Source of the DNA: a virus
Length of the DNA: 64,000 nucleotides
IMG/VR virus record: IMGVR_UViG_3300027984_000001
Reading direction: 5' to 3' (one strand)
This document shows, in pieces, positions 29,399 through 37,959 of this stretch. Both the position numbers and the translations under genes were made by a program. The first letter of the stretch is position 1; the number at the start of each line of letters is the position of its first letter. The notes beneath the pieces were generated by a model. That model was not told the DNA's origin, made no database searches, and saw only the letters and a list, made by a program, of their open reading frames with translations.

Positions 29399-30433
29399 TT
29401 ATTTTTTTACTTTATACTTCGCGAACAAATCATCTGTTGAGATTTTTTTGACCGGCGGGCGCTCGCTTAGATATTCCACAACCTTTATTTCGGTTTTAGG
29501 CACAATCTTTTTCTGCTCACGCGCCTTTTGTCTCTTTTCGTTTACATCATTGACATATTTGCTCATTTCTGATATTCTGTTTGTTGGGGCGCTTAAACCT
29601 GTTAAAAGGCATAACGTCTGACTAGGATTGTCTGCCGTAAAGGTTATTAACGGCTCCCCCACAATTTCTTTTATCTTATTTACGTCCATTGCGGACGACG
29701 CCGCCAACAAGATGTATTCAATCAGTTGGTCGTTTTCCATTGGCACATACAAACCGCTCTTAACGGCATTAATCAATTTATCAATGGCGCTTTGTTCTTT
29801 TGGCAATCTGGCAATAACGCTATAGCCGGATGCCGATAAAACACGCTTCAAATCAGCGTTGTCTATAACTGCGCCGATATCTTTCAAACCCGGCAATGTC
29901 AATACTGCGTCAAGCTGATTAACAAACTCTGTATTTATCTTTTCTTTATCCCATGCATTATTATCCAAGGCAAATATGGCCGCCAAACCCTCAATGTCAT
30001 TCAATTCATTAATGCATTCAACGGCATTTGCGTGGGCTTGCAACGATTCCTGATACGCGGGGAAAACCACAATCGCGCATATTCTTTTATCTGGATGTGC
30101 CTGTATCAAATTTTCAATCAATAACGGGGATGAGCCTGACCCCGTGCCGCCACCAGCTGAAAACACAACAAAAATGAACTGGGTTGTCAATTTATCGCTT
30201 ATAAAATCATTTATTTTTTCCCATTGCCCAGTTGTCAGGCGCTTGGAAACATTGCGATCGCAACCGCTTCCCTCCGCACCGGTAACATGATACATATACT
30301 TCGTTTTTCCAAGGGTATCAAGACCTCCCAAGCTTGTGTCAATATACATGGCAGTATAACCCGCGTTTTCGAAAAGTCTTGCAATATTCCCCCCGGCTTG
30401 GCCAACCCCCAAAAAGGAAACATCATTCTTCAT
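29399..30433 (-). CDS. tubZ: tubulin/FtsZ-family GTPase (TubZ/PhuZ-like)
   Basis: GVGQAGGN N-terminal motif and the exact tubulin signature GGGTGSG. Basic C-terminal tail. 344 aa. Confidence 0.8.
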   Translation of the reverse strand: MKNDVSFLGVGQAGGNIARLFENAGYTAMYIDTSLGGLDTLGKTKYMYHVTGAEGSGCDRNVSKRLTTGQWEKINDFISDKLTTQFIFVVFSAGGGTGSGSSPLLIENLIQAHPDKRICAIVVFPAYQESLQAHANAVECINELNDIEGLAAIFALDNNAWDKEKINTEFVNQLDAVLTLPGLKDIGAVIDNADLKRVLSASGYSVIARLPKEQSAIDKLINAVKSGLYVPMENDQLIEYILLAASSAMDVNKIKEIVGEPLITFTADNPSQTLCLLTGLSAPTNRISEMSKYVNDVNEKRQKAREQKKIVPKTEIKVVEYLSERPPVKKISTDDLFAKYKVKK

Positions 30434-30450
30434 TCCTTCCTTAATTCCTC

Positions 30451-30717
30451 CTAATAATATATTTTATTTTTAAAATCACAATCAATTACCTCATACAGCT
30501 GATACGGAAATACGTCATCCTCTGAATATTCCGTCAGGCCGCGAATCCAATCGAGGGCATACATGCGGCCCTCCAACTTTACCACACTGGTAATATAAGC
30601 GAACCAGCCGGGTTTATGCCCGCGCATCCTGTCTGTTTCGTGACTTTTAAACTCAATCATTTCATCCTCTGTTAGGTCTATGTGTGCATTTATTTTATCA
30701 ATTAAAACACCTAACAA
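30451..30717 (-). CDS. hypothetical protein between the tubR-like and tubZ genes
   Basis: 88-aa co-directional ORF. Confidence 0.5.
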   Translation of the reverse strand: MLGVLIDKINAHIDLTEDEMIEFKSHETDRMRGHKPGWFAYITSVVKLEGRMYALDWIRGLTEYSEDDVFPYQLYEVIDCDFKNKIYY

Positions 30718-30719
30718 AA

Positions 30720-30956
30720 TTATTCCTCTCCAGACAATTCTTTCAGAATATTTATCCCCTTCTGTGTAATATAGAATACTTTTGAGTGCCCATCCATCAT
30801 ACCATGAGCGGTATACCCTTCACGGCGCAACATATTTAGGCGATTATAAATCGTCCGTTCGCAAACCCCAGCTATTTCAATCTCTCGCGTTTTGACCGCC
30901 AATAGCTTAGTCGTGTATCCGCCTTTTAATAGATAATCCAACAAAACTGCATCCAA
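30720..30956 (-). CDS. tubR: winged-helix DNA-binding protein (TubR-like candidate)
   Basis: 78 aa. wHTH pattern (ERTIYNRLNMLRREGY). First gene of the tubZ cluster. May start at ATT 30965 (the SD is 9 nt upstream). Confidence 0.5.
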   Translation of the reverse strand: MDAVLLDYLLKGGYTTKLLAVKTREIEIAGVCERTIYNRLNMLRREGYTAHGMMDGHSKVFYITQKGINILKELSGEE

Positions 30957-31022
30957 CCTACTAATTTTTCAATACCTCCTTCCTCGCTTATTTTGGGGCC
31001 GATTTCTCAGCCCCATTTGCCA

Positions 31023-31421
31023 TTACCTCCACTCGACTTTTAGCGTTATATTATCGCCGCCCTTAGCAATATCGTTTTTAGCATCCAACCAAAACGTATA
31101 ACTACCGCGCGTGGCGACCCCTATTGTGCCTATTCGGAATCCATCCTTGCCACTGATATCATTCCAGAATACCTGTATCGGCCCCCTTTTATTGTTCAAA
31201 TCTGTAAAATAATACTTAATTTGATACCTTGCATCCGCGCTCCCGCCTGACGTATAGATATTTACTTTTTGCCATAAATCCGTATTTTTTAACTTTAGCG
31301 TTACGTGTTTGCTCTTTACAATCCCCGCTGAAATACTTTTTATAGGCTTTGCCCATACTCCAGTTACCGCGCTTACGGACATAACTACCGATAGCAATAT
31401 ACCGATTACTTTTTTAAACAT
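31023..31421 (-). CDS. secreted hypothetical protein
   Basis: Start moved to MFKKVIGILLSVVMSVSA (GGAGGA SD). Signal peptide present. Confidence 0.6.
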   Translation of the reverse strand: MFKKVIGILLSVVMSVSAVTGVWAKPIKSISAGIVKSKHVTLKLKNTDLWQKVNIYTSGGSADARYQIKYYFTDLNNKRGPIQVFWNDISGKDGFRIGTIGVATRGSYTFWLDAKNDIAKGGDNITLKVEWR

Positions 31422-31468
31422 TTTGTCATCCTCCAATGTCATTCTAATATTGGCTAACCTTACAATAT

Positions 31469-31497
31469 ATTATATGCACCCTTTTGTATTTTGACAA
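31469..31497 (-). promoter_or_regulatory. promoter TTGTCA-17-TATAAT with GCATATAATATATT box
   Basis: Hexamers and spacing read directly. Upstream of 31421. Confidence 0.6.
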
Positions 31498-31527
31498 CAC
31501 ATCAAATAATATTAATGTAATTTTAAT

Positions 31528-31707
31528 CTATCTTAGCGTAATAGACAAAACCGTATATTTTTTATGCTTTATATCTTCCAGTATATTGTTTATCATATCA
31601 TCTGTTAAAAAGTCTATACTTAATTCTTTAGCAAATACGCGGTATGCCTTAATCAATGGCCGAACAACCGGCCTGTTTAAAATATCTGCGGGAATCTCAA
31701 TCGTCAT
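31528..31707 (-). CDS. hypothetical protein (59 aa)
   Basis: The ATG directly follows the upstream stop (TAAATG). Below the ORF cutoff. The plus-strand ORF 31484..31825 is its shadow. Confidence 0.45.
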   Translation of the reverse strand: MTIEIPADILNRPVVRPLIKAYRVFAKELSIDFLTDDMINNILEDIKHKKYTVLSITLR

Positions 31708-31833
31708 TTATCGGCCTATATTCAATTTTATTATAATCAAATCGTTGTCTTTATCCACAACACCATTAATATGCGCCAGACACACATTGTTTGTGTGCTC
31801 TTTGGCGATATTCCAGTTGAATTGATAATCCAT
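31708..31833 (-). CDS. hypothetical protein (41 aa)
   Basis: The ATG abuts the methyltransferase stop codon. Confidence 0.4.
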   Translation of the reverse strand: MDYQFNWNIAKEHTNNVCLAHINGVVDKDNDLIIIKLNIGR

Positions 31834-32544
31834 TTATTCTATATCCTCCAATCTTACCTGCAATTTTTCGTTTTCAATTCGCGCCTGTGCCTTTTTGTAA
31901 TAATCCTCATTTATCTCAAATCCACAATATTCATATCCGGCTCGATAACACGCTATTAATAAACTTGCGGAACCTACATGAGTATCTAATATTTTATCGC
32001 CTGTTTTTGCAAATTGATTTAATAACCATGTATATAATTTTATAGGCTTTTGTGTCGCGTGAAATCGCTTTTCCGAATACTTAGAAGTATTCCCACATTC
32101 GCCATACGGAGGGATCCTAACTATTTTCGCATTACGATTAAATGATGTCCATACATATTCACACATAGCCATTGTAAAATTCTCGGGGATATGTTTATCC
32201 CAAACTACAAAACAACGCGTCGGGGGTAATGAAAAATAATTGCCGCCGAATATAATTTGATTCTCACTTACCCGAAACAATTCGTCAAAATACTCCTGAC
32301 CCGGCGCAATATCCCATTCTATAATTGTTTTGCCGTATTTAGCGGCATATCCGCCACCAGTCCTATGGACGCTTATATCTGGTTTATGCTTGTCAAACCG
32401 TTCATCAAAATTCTCCCCATTAGAAAAGTCTTTACCTGCGCCGCCGAACGGCGGATCAATTATTGCTAATTGGAAATACTTATCAGGAAATTGCTTCATC
32501 CCATCCATGCAATCAAAATTATATAAACAATTAAGCTCTAACAT
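31834..32544 (-). CDS. DNA methyltransferase (beta-class N6A/N4C)
   Basis: Motif IV IIDPPFGG, followed by motif I LDTHVGSAS. Confidence 0.8.
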   Translation of the reverse strand: MLELNCLYNFDCMDGMKQFPDKYFQLAIIDPPFGGAGKDFSNGENFDERFDKHKPDISVHRTGGGYAAKYGKTIIEWDIAPGQEYFDELFRVSENQIIFGGNYFSLPPTRCFVVWDKHIPENFTMAMCEYVWTSFNRNAKIVRIPPYGECGNTSKYSEKRFHATQKPIKLYTWLLNQFAKTGDKILDTHVGSASLLIACYRAGYEYCGFEINEDYYKKAQARIENEKLQVRLEDIE

Positions 32545-32906
32545 TACAACTCGACCTGCTTACCGTCCATGCTATTAGCTGTCATTTCCTCGCGCAATTT
32601 TTCGTTTATTGTCATTTCGCCCGTTTCGTCATCATCCCATGGGGATTGGTCATCCACTTCCACGGCAATAGCCCTGCGGGGAATACTCGCCAATATATCA
32701 GCAACATCATAAAACAATGGAAAGAATGGGGAACCGGCATCCTCATGTTTTTTCGCGAACTCCCACGCCCGTTCTGTCAACGTGACCGCATAATCATATG
32801 GGGTCAAAACCGACATTTCCCCACATTCCTTCGCAAACAAGAACAAATCCCCGAAACATTTATAATCCCTACCGTTTTTGCTAAAATCATACGGGGAACC
32901 GCTCAT
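32544..32906 (-). CDS. hypothetical protein
   Basis: 120-aa ORF with start and stop overlapping its neighbours. Confidence 0.55.
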   Translation of the reverse strand: MSGSPYDFSKNGRDYKCFGDLFLFAKECGEMSVLTPYDYAVTLTERAWEFAKKHEDAGSPFFPLFYDVADILASIPRRAIAVEVDDQSPWDDDETGEMTINEKLREEMTANSMDGKQVEL

Positions 32907-33080
32907 TTATTCAACCTCCATTTCAGCCCATTCAATAAATCCGTCCCAACAACTAATACCATATTCGCCAAAACGACAACTACCATACGCCGGGCAATTT
33001 TCACACTCAATGTCAACTAGCCCATCAATATTAAACGATTCCGGCGTTAATTCCTGCCGCCATTTCTCAAAATTAGTCAT
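32907..33080 (-). CDS. MTNFEKW-family small Cys-rich protein, paralog 1 (57 aa)
   Basis: MTNFEKW...CENCPAYGSC...C..GFIEWA. Below the ORF cutoff. Its ATG lies 8 nt inside the end of the upstream ORF (ATGACTAA). Confidence 0.6.
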   Translation of the reverse strand: MTNFEKWRQELTPESFNIDGLVDIECENCPAYGSCRFGEYGISCWDGFIEWAEMEVE

Positions 33081-33273
33081 TGTTAATTATCACATCTCCC
33101 CATTTTTTAAAAACATCCCAACACGACCCATCGGACAACTGGCCTGAACAATCCATTACTGCCGGGCATTTATGGCACGGCAGTTTTATCACATCTGAAT
33201 CATATGCGCTTTTAAAATCCGCCATTGTCGGCGGCGCATACGTTGTCTTTACCCATTCTTCAAAACGCGTCAT
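33073..33273 (-). CDS. MTNFEKW-family small Cys-rich protein, paralog 2
   Basis: MTRFEEW...CHKCPAVMDC...C.DVFKKW. Confidence 0.6.
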   Translation of the reverse strand: MTRFEEWVKTTYAPPTMADFKSAYDSDVIKLPCHKCPAVMDCSGQLSDGSCWDVFKKWGDVIINND

Positions 33274-33349
33274 AAAGCAATTATTCCCCTCCCATATTCA
33301 TTCCTCCCCGTCCATGTGAACGCTTTTTCATTTGATAACCTTATATCAT

Positions 33350-33377
33350 ATTATATGTTTCAAATTGCAAATATCAA
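33350..33377 (-). promoter_or_regulatory. promoter TTGATA-16-TATAAT
   Basis: ACATATAATATGATA box upstream of paralog 2. Confidence 0.5.
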
Positions 33378-33512
33378 TCATGTTATTTCATCTTTAATTA
33401 TATTCTAATGTTCATAGCGCATTTAGGGCGTTTTATTGCATTTTAAACCAATGGGGTATAAATATACCATACATGCCGCTAGGCGTTAAAATCGGGCCTA
33501 TTCTGTACGTTT

Positions 33513-34031
33513 TTAAGGCGCTGTCATTAACCACTCATATACGTAATAATATAAGGCCCGATATATCCAACGGGCCGCCAGTTCTTTCGGCACGAATGAA
33601 ACATTAACATTATATCTCATAACTAAAGTTAAAAGGGACGCCATATATGCAGACGGGTCAAGATCCGTTTTATAATTATGTTTCATGATATCAGCATACC
33701 CACGCAAGCCCTCCACCACAAGGAAAAAACGAGCGTTTTTGCCGCGCTCCATTTCCCGCATAAACCGTGCTCGTTGTTGAGATAAATTACTGGACAATTC
33801 TTCTAAGGACGCTTTTCTTTCTATCGCAATCCCATTTTCATATGAATAACCATATGGAAAATATTCACTTTTAGGTATTTCGCAGGAATAGTCTGCAAAA
33901 TTCAGCTTGCGCACAATATAAGGGACAGACATTTCTTCTAGCTCCTTTATAATGTGTACATTCGCTTTCTCACGGCTATCAATGATAATCCGCAAACCGC
34001 TTAATACGCTATCACGTTCTTTCTTAGTCAT
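33513..34031 (-). CDS. ERCC4/XPF-Mus81-type nuclease
   Basis: IIDSREK ... ADY ... IERK catalytic pattern. 172 aa. Confidence 0.7.
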   Translation of the reverse strand: MTKKERDSVLSGLRIIIDSREKANVHIIKELEEMSVPYIVRKLNFADYSCEIPKSEYFPYGYSYENGIAIERKASLEELSSNLSQQRARFMREMERGKNARFFLVVEGLRGYADIMKHNYKTDLDPSAYMASLLTLVMRYNVNVSFVPKELAARWIYRALYYYVYEWLMTAP

Positions 34032-34197
34032 TGCTTATATCATTTGCCCAATTTATAAAATTTTGTTCGCACTCTCCTAAGCTATAAATATCCAATGCAT
34101 TACATCTATCAAATGCAGGGCATTCGCCACAACTTAAATCTGCAATATACCGCTTCCAAATCCACATCGGTGAAATAATTTTCTCAAAATTAGTCAT
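34024..34197 (-). CDS. MTNFEKW-family small Cys-rich protein, paralog 3 (57 aa)
   Basis: Start moved to MTNFEKI (same ATGACTAA overlap as paralog 1). CGECPAFDRC...C..NFINWA. Confidence 0.55.
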   Translation of the reverse strand: MTNFEKIISPMWIWKRYIADLSCGECPAFDRCNALDIYSLGECEQNFINWANDISND

Positions 34198-34390
34198 CAA
34201 CGACCTCCGTTTCAGCCCATTTTTTGAATATATCAAAACAAAACAAATTTGTATTATTATCGCATTCATACTGCGCCGGGCAATCCTTACACGCGAATAT
34301 AGCATACCAACCCTGAACGCCGTAAGAATCTATCGTACGGGATAATACTTTTCCGGCCTGTTCTTGTTTCCATTTATCAAAATTAGTCAA
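34190..34390 (-). CDS. MTNFEKW-family small Cys-rich protein, paralog 4
   Basis: MTNFDKW...CKDCPAQYEC...C.DIFKKWA. Confidence 0.6.
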   Translation of the reverse strand: MTNFDKWKQEQAGKVLSRTIDSYGVQGWYAIFACKDCPAQYECDNNTNLFCFDIFKKWAETEVVDD

Positions 34391-34684
34391 TTATTCATCT
34401 CCTATTGTCATCTGACCCTCCAACGGCTGAACATCCTTTTTTGCTTTCAGGCATTCAATAAGTGGTCTATCATTTTTAGGAAACGGCTTGTTAAAATGCC
34501 CACATGCGGCCCATGAAATAGCCCAATCTGAGGATTCCGAACGCGTATCACCATACCCGGCGCATTTTTTATAATTCCTACCCCTGTGCTCATACCGAAT
34601 GAGATTAGAGCATTCTTTGCAAATATGCCCTTCTTCCTTCCCGTATTTTCCATACATATTGGCCTGTCGTCGCGCCATCTTCAT
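34391..34684 (-). CDS. Cys-rich (zinc-binding?) hypothetical protein
   Basis: 97 aa with CKEC...C...C...C pattern. Confidence 0.55.
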   Translation of the reverse strand: MKMARRQANMYGKYGKEEGHICKECSNLIRYEHRGRNYKKCAGYGDTRSESSDWAISWAACGHFNKPFPKNDRPLIECLKAKKDVQPLEGQMTIGDE

Positions 34685-34917
34685 GATTTATTACTTGCCT
34701 GCTTTCTTTTATTTTTTAATTCATGCATTTTTTGACCACACATACAACCATATACCGTTGGATATTTATAAGTGCAGTCAAACGGTGAACTACAAGAAAT
34801 CACTTTGTAACCATAAAAATTAAGTTTCTTTTTAGCCGGGCATTTGCTTTTACCATATTCAACCGGCAAAATAATATCGTCGTTTAATTCTACTGGTAAA
34901 ATAAAATCATCATTCAT
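34681..34917 (-). CDS. Cys-rich hypothetical protein
   Basis: 78 aa, overlapping start and stop. Confidence 0.5.
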   Translation of the reverse strand: MNDDFILPVELNDDIILPVEYGKSKCPAKKKLNFYGYKVISCSSPFDCTYKYPTVYGCMCGQKMHELKNKRKQASNKS

Positions 34918-35299
34918 CTTTAGTCAACCTCAAGTATTCCTTTAATACTTCATCCAGCATACTGAATTTACCGGCAGTATCACGTTTAACAAGCTTTATC
35001 ATTGCATATTTTCTGAATACATTCCTTCGATTTTTTTCTTCCGCTTTTATCGCGGCATCCTTGAAATATTTCTGCATTGCATTCCATTTATTTGACACAT
35101 CTTCAAACGTATGCCCAAACACTGTATTGCCGCAACATTTTACCTCTATGTCCGGTTCTAATCTATCTCCAATATTTTCAACTATTATTTCCGGATCTCT
35201 CCCGCAATAGGCGCATTTATCAAATCTCTCTTTGTGTATCAAAATCAAGACCCCTTTCATCAACCACATATCCCATAAATCCAATTTTACCTCTCGCAA
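34910..35299 (-). CDS. Lar-like restriction alleviation family protein (start uncertain)
   Basis: CAYCG...CCGN...WN pattern typical of the Lar family. The N-terminus overlaps the upstream ORF, so the true start is probably internal. Confidence 0.45.
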   Translation of the reverse strand: MREVKLDLWDMWLMKGVLILIHKERFDKCAYCGRDPEIIVENIGDRLEPDIEVKCCGNTVFGHTFEDVSNKWNAMQKYFKDAAIKAEEKNRRNVFRKYAMIKLVKRDTAGKFSMLDEVLKEYLRLTKDE

Positions 35300-35453
35300 T
35301 TACACACCACATAAGTATATGGCTATCAGACGGGCATTTCATAATATCGCAATTATGCGCAGTATCTTCCTCTAATGGTTCCCCGTAAATAATTAATTCA
35401 TTAGTAGACACATCCAAATAAGCTTCAGTTATATGAGGAAACTCGACTATCAT
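35220..35453 (-). CDS. hypothetical protein
   Basis: 77-aa co-directional ORF. Confidence 0.5.
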   Translation of the reverse strand: MIVEFPHITEAYLDVSTNELIIYGEPLEEDTAHNCDIMKCPSDSHILMWCVIARGKIGFMGYVVDERGLDFDTQREI

Positions 35454-35467
35454 AATTTAACCTCCTT

Positions 35468-35593
35468 TTATCTTTTAAGAACAATTTTAACAATAAAATA
35501 AACCGCGCACCAAATAGTTACTAGTCCTCCAAGCACCCACTCAATAATTTTATCAATGGCGTTAACCTGCGCCCAAACCTGTAACCAATTCAT
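35468..35593 (-). CDS. small single-pass membrane peptide (41 aa)
   Basis: ATGA overlap with the upstream stop. Hydrophobic core LGGLVTIWCAVYFIVKIVL. Confidence 0.4.
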   Translation of the reverse strand: MNWLQVWAQVNAIDKIIEWVLGGLVTIWCAVYFIVKIVLKR

Positions 35594-35784
35594 TGCTTTA
35601 AACCCTCCATTTTAAAAATATCAACGTCTGATTTAATACACCATTTTACCCGGAAAGACTTGCCGCAATTCGCGCATTCTATGTTATACCTTCCTGCGCC
35701 CCATTCGTCTATATATCCTAAATACACATCATTTTCACACTGGCAATAGGGACATTCTACTTCTATTTCAAAATCTGCGACCAT
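35590..35784 (-). CDS. zinc-ribbon protein
   Basis: Start at MVADFE (GGGAG SD). CPYCQC...CANCG. Confidence 0.55.
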   Translation of the reverse strand: MVADFEIEVECPYCQCENDVYLGYIDEWGAGRYNIECANCGKSFRVKWCIKSDVDIFKMEGLKQ

Positions 35785-35785
35785 A

Positions 35786-36022
35786 TTAAATCTCCCACGA
35801 ATAACCACAATTTTGACAAACAGCCATATTTTTCTGATTGAACGTAGTTTTCGCCGTTCCCTTGCGCTTACCTACCAATAGCCATAATCCACACGTAAGG
35901 ATTATCAGCGTCCAACGCCCAATAGCCCACAAACACCCGCTATTTTTCTGCCGGGTCTTAGCGTTATCTTGTATGACCGTATATGATATTCTATCATAAC
36001 CGCACTTTGGGCATTTATTCAT
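35786..36022 (-). CDS. zinc-ribbon membrane protein
   Basis: CPKCG ... TM segment ... CQNCG. 78 aa. Confidence 0.55.
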   Translation of the reverse strand: MNKCPKCGYDRISYTVIQDNAKTRQKNSGCLWAIGRWTLIILTCGLWLLVGKRKGTAKTTFNQKNMAVCQNCGYSWEI

Positions 36023-36302
36023 TTTTAAATTCCTCCAGCTTCTTTTTTAAATATTCAACGTGTTTTTCAGCTTCTTTTATTTTAAAACAATATTTTGATA
36101 TCTGAGTATTATTATGTTCGCCTATAAGCTTGCCATTGTTCATGCTTTGAACTTCCAATCGCCATTTGTTAGCATCCTTCCCGATTCTTGCGTTTAACGC
36201 TTTTTCGGCCTGCGCGGGCGTATCTGTTTTTATACCGAACTGAAATTCTTTAGTAACGGCATTCCATACGCCATAAGCATTACAAGATCTTAATTTTTTC
36301 AT
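36015..36302 (-). CDS. hypothetical protein
   Basis: 95-aa co-directional ORF. Confidence 0.5.
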   Translation of the reverse strand: MKKLRSCNAYGVWNAVTKEFQFGIKTDTPAQAEKALNARIGKDANKWRLEVQSMNNGKLIGEHNNTQISKYCFKIKEAEKHVEYLKKKLEEFKNE

Positions 36303-36398
36303 TACATAATTCCGCCTATTTTAATTTTAAATATACTATTCGGCATATGCCGATAAAGACTATCACACAAACAATTCTTACTACAATATATCCTAACA

Positions 36399-36914
36399 TT
36401 AATCATCAACCCTCGTTTTATCGCATAATAAATGCAATATTCTCTCAACAAAACCAACATAATCTGGCGCAATTTCAATCTTATCTTTATGTCCTTCATA
36501 ATAACTCAAGGCATCACCGCCAAACTTATACCCCATCGCTTGCCAATCGCAAATCATTTCCACATAAGATAATAGCTGATACAAACTTTCATTCGGTTTG
36601 TTAATCCAGTATTGCCAATGATGCGGATTATTTTTGTAATGATGTTCCCAAGCTTTTTCAAATTGATTTTCTTCTTTTGACTCTAACTTGCAAGGATAAA
36701 AATATTCCCTATATTGCGTAAACTCTTCCGCACTATATTTGCTCAAATCATGCCATCTAATCATGCCATCCAATAGCCTGAACTTCCAGTCGTCATAAAC
36801 AAATGATTCATTTTTACATTTATACTGAACTTCGTCCCACGCTAACGCAACGTTTTTTCTATGCTCTTCAATGTAATTACAATATTCTATAAATTTATCG
36901 TTAATTTCGCTCAT
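36399..36914 (-). CDS. hypothetical protein (His/Trp-rich)
   Basis: 171 aa. RWHDLSKY and HHYKNNPHHWQYW motifs. SD GGAGGA. Confidence 0.55.
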   Translation of the reverse strand: MSEINDKFIEYCNYIEEHRKNVALAWDEVQYKCKNESFVYDDWKFRLLDGMIRWHDLSKYSAEEFTQYREYFYPCKLESKEENQFEKAWEHHYKNNPHHWQYWINKPNESLYQLLSYVEMICDWQAMGYKFGGDALSYYEGHKDKIEIAPDYVGFVERILHLLCDKTRVDD

Positions 36915-37027
36915 ATATCCTCCTATAGCTTATTTTTCCTGTCATATAACCATTTATAAATAATATACGGCAATGCCTTAATACCGTCATGGATTGCCTG
37001 AAATGCAACTATTGTTAACGTTATCGG

Positions 37028-37177
37028 CTATAATAAATATGACAACATATCAAGACCGCTCGTACTGCGTCTCTCCCCATATTCCTTTAATTCCATTACG
37101 GTTAACAAAACATAGGTTACTATTGCCATTAAAATATAAATTGCTGTACTTATCAAACTAATTTTTAAAAAGGCCAT
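37028..37177 (-). CDS. small membrane protein (49 aa), followed in frame by TAG and a second hydrophobic segment
   Basis: MAFLKISLISTAIYILMAIVTYVLL. An in-frame TAG at 37028-37030 is followed by 34 more sense codons, up to TAG 36923-36925. Confidence 0.35.
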   Translation of the reverse strand: MAFLKISLISTAIYILMAIVTYVLLTVMELKEYGERRSTSGLDMLSYLL

Positions 37178-37365
37178 AATTCAACCTCAATACGTGCGCC
37201 GCTTGGATTATCACATTCAAAACTAAAATCAAATATACGGTCGCATTTCTGACATTCAAAAACCAGTTCAACCCCTTCGGTATGTTCTAAAGTGTCTTTG
37301 TGCTTGCAATCATCATACCCACACACAGGGCAAACAATAAAACCCTTGTCGTTAATCAACTCCAT
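37165..37365 (-). CDS. zinc-ribbon protein
   Basis: CPVCG...C...CQKC. 66 aa. Confidence 0.55.
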   Translation of the reverse strand: MELINDKGFIVCPVCGYDDCKHKDTLEHTEGVELVFECQKCDRIFDFSFECDNPSGARIEVELWPF

Positions 37366-37564
37366 GCAATTCCCTCTTTTCGTTAATAAAATCGTCCAAT
37401 ATACTATTGATTAAATCCGTCGCGCTCCTATTGTCTGAATATGCTAACCGGCATATTGCGTCATACGTTTCTTGCTTCAAATGCAATAAAATCCGCTTAT
37501 CTCTAACTATATGCTTTAGCGGAGGTCTGCCCGCCCTCACAATTATATCATCTCCTTTTAACAT
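37352..37564 (-). CDS. ribbon-helix-helix (CopG/Arc-like) DNA-binding protein
   Basis: 70 aa, RHH-like pattern. First gene behind the promoter at 37584-37612. Confidence 0.5.
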   Translation of the reverse strand: MLKGDDIIVRAGRPPLKHIVRDKRILLHLKQETYDAICRLAYSDNRSATDLINSILDDFINEKRELHGVD

Positions 37565-37583
37565 TATTTCATGTATATAATAT

Positions 37584-37612
37584 ATTATATGCTTTATATC
37601 TCAAAATGACAA
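37584..37612 (-). promoter_or_regulatory. promoter TTGTCA-17-TATAAT with GCATATAATATATT box
   Basis: Upstream of the RHH gene. Confidence 0.6.
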
Positions 37613-37629
37613 TCCCACACAAAACATAT

Positions 37630-37914
37630 TTATTTATCCTTTTTGCCCAACCATTGTATTATCGCGCCCGCCTGTTTGGCTGTTAATCGCGGCTTGACAT
37701 CCATATATCTTTTCATCAGCCTATATGCATAATTATTTTGCGCATCGCTCGCAGGGATGCCGTCATCAATGTTATCAGGGTTTTTTATCCATCGTTGCCA
37801 TTGACCACAATCAACGCAATATTGGCCCAAATGGGGGCCTGTTTGCCGTGTTTCTATCACAGATGACCCGCAAAATCTACAAACATCCATTCTATAAACC
37901 TCCAATATTTTCAT
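37630..37914 (-). CDS. zinc-ribbon protein
   Basis: CRFCG...CVDCG. 94 aa. Confidence 0.55.
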   Translation of the reverse strand: MKILEVYRMDVCRFCGSSVIETRQTGPHLGQYCVDCGQWQRWIKNPDNIDDGIPASDAQNNYAYRLMKRYMDVKPRLTAKQAGAIIQWLGKKDK

Positions 37915-37959
37915 TTTTAATAGTCTATCCTTGCGCTAAAACACGCTAAAACAGATCAT

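Noticed and set aside
30995-31014. Hairpin GGGGCC...GGCCCC between 31023 and the tubR-like gene, considered as a terminator or as the tubC centromere.
   Set aside because: On the minus strand it is followed by an A-run, not a U-run, and it is a single hairpin rather than a repeat array.
2354-32557. Identical 15-nt junction GGTCGAGTTGTAATG at two gene boundaries (2354-2368 and 32544-32558), each encoding ...VEL-stop overlapping the next ATG. A similar GTCGAGTTATGA occurs at 1227.
   Set aside because: It is short, explained by the same C-terminal tripeptide plus TAATG coupling, and there is no flanking similarity. Probably coincidence or a translational-coupling preference.
36302-36499. 65-aa ORF overlapping the 3' end of gene 36399..36914.
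   Set aside because: It is mostly out of frame within a better-supported CDS. The remaining intergenic part contains a palindrome (ATCGGCATATGCCGAT) rather than coding signal.
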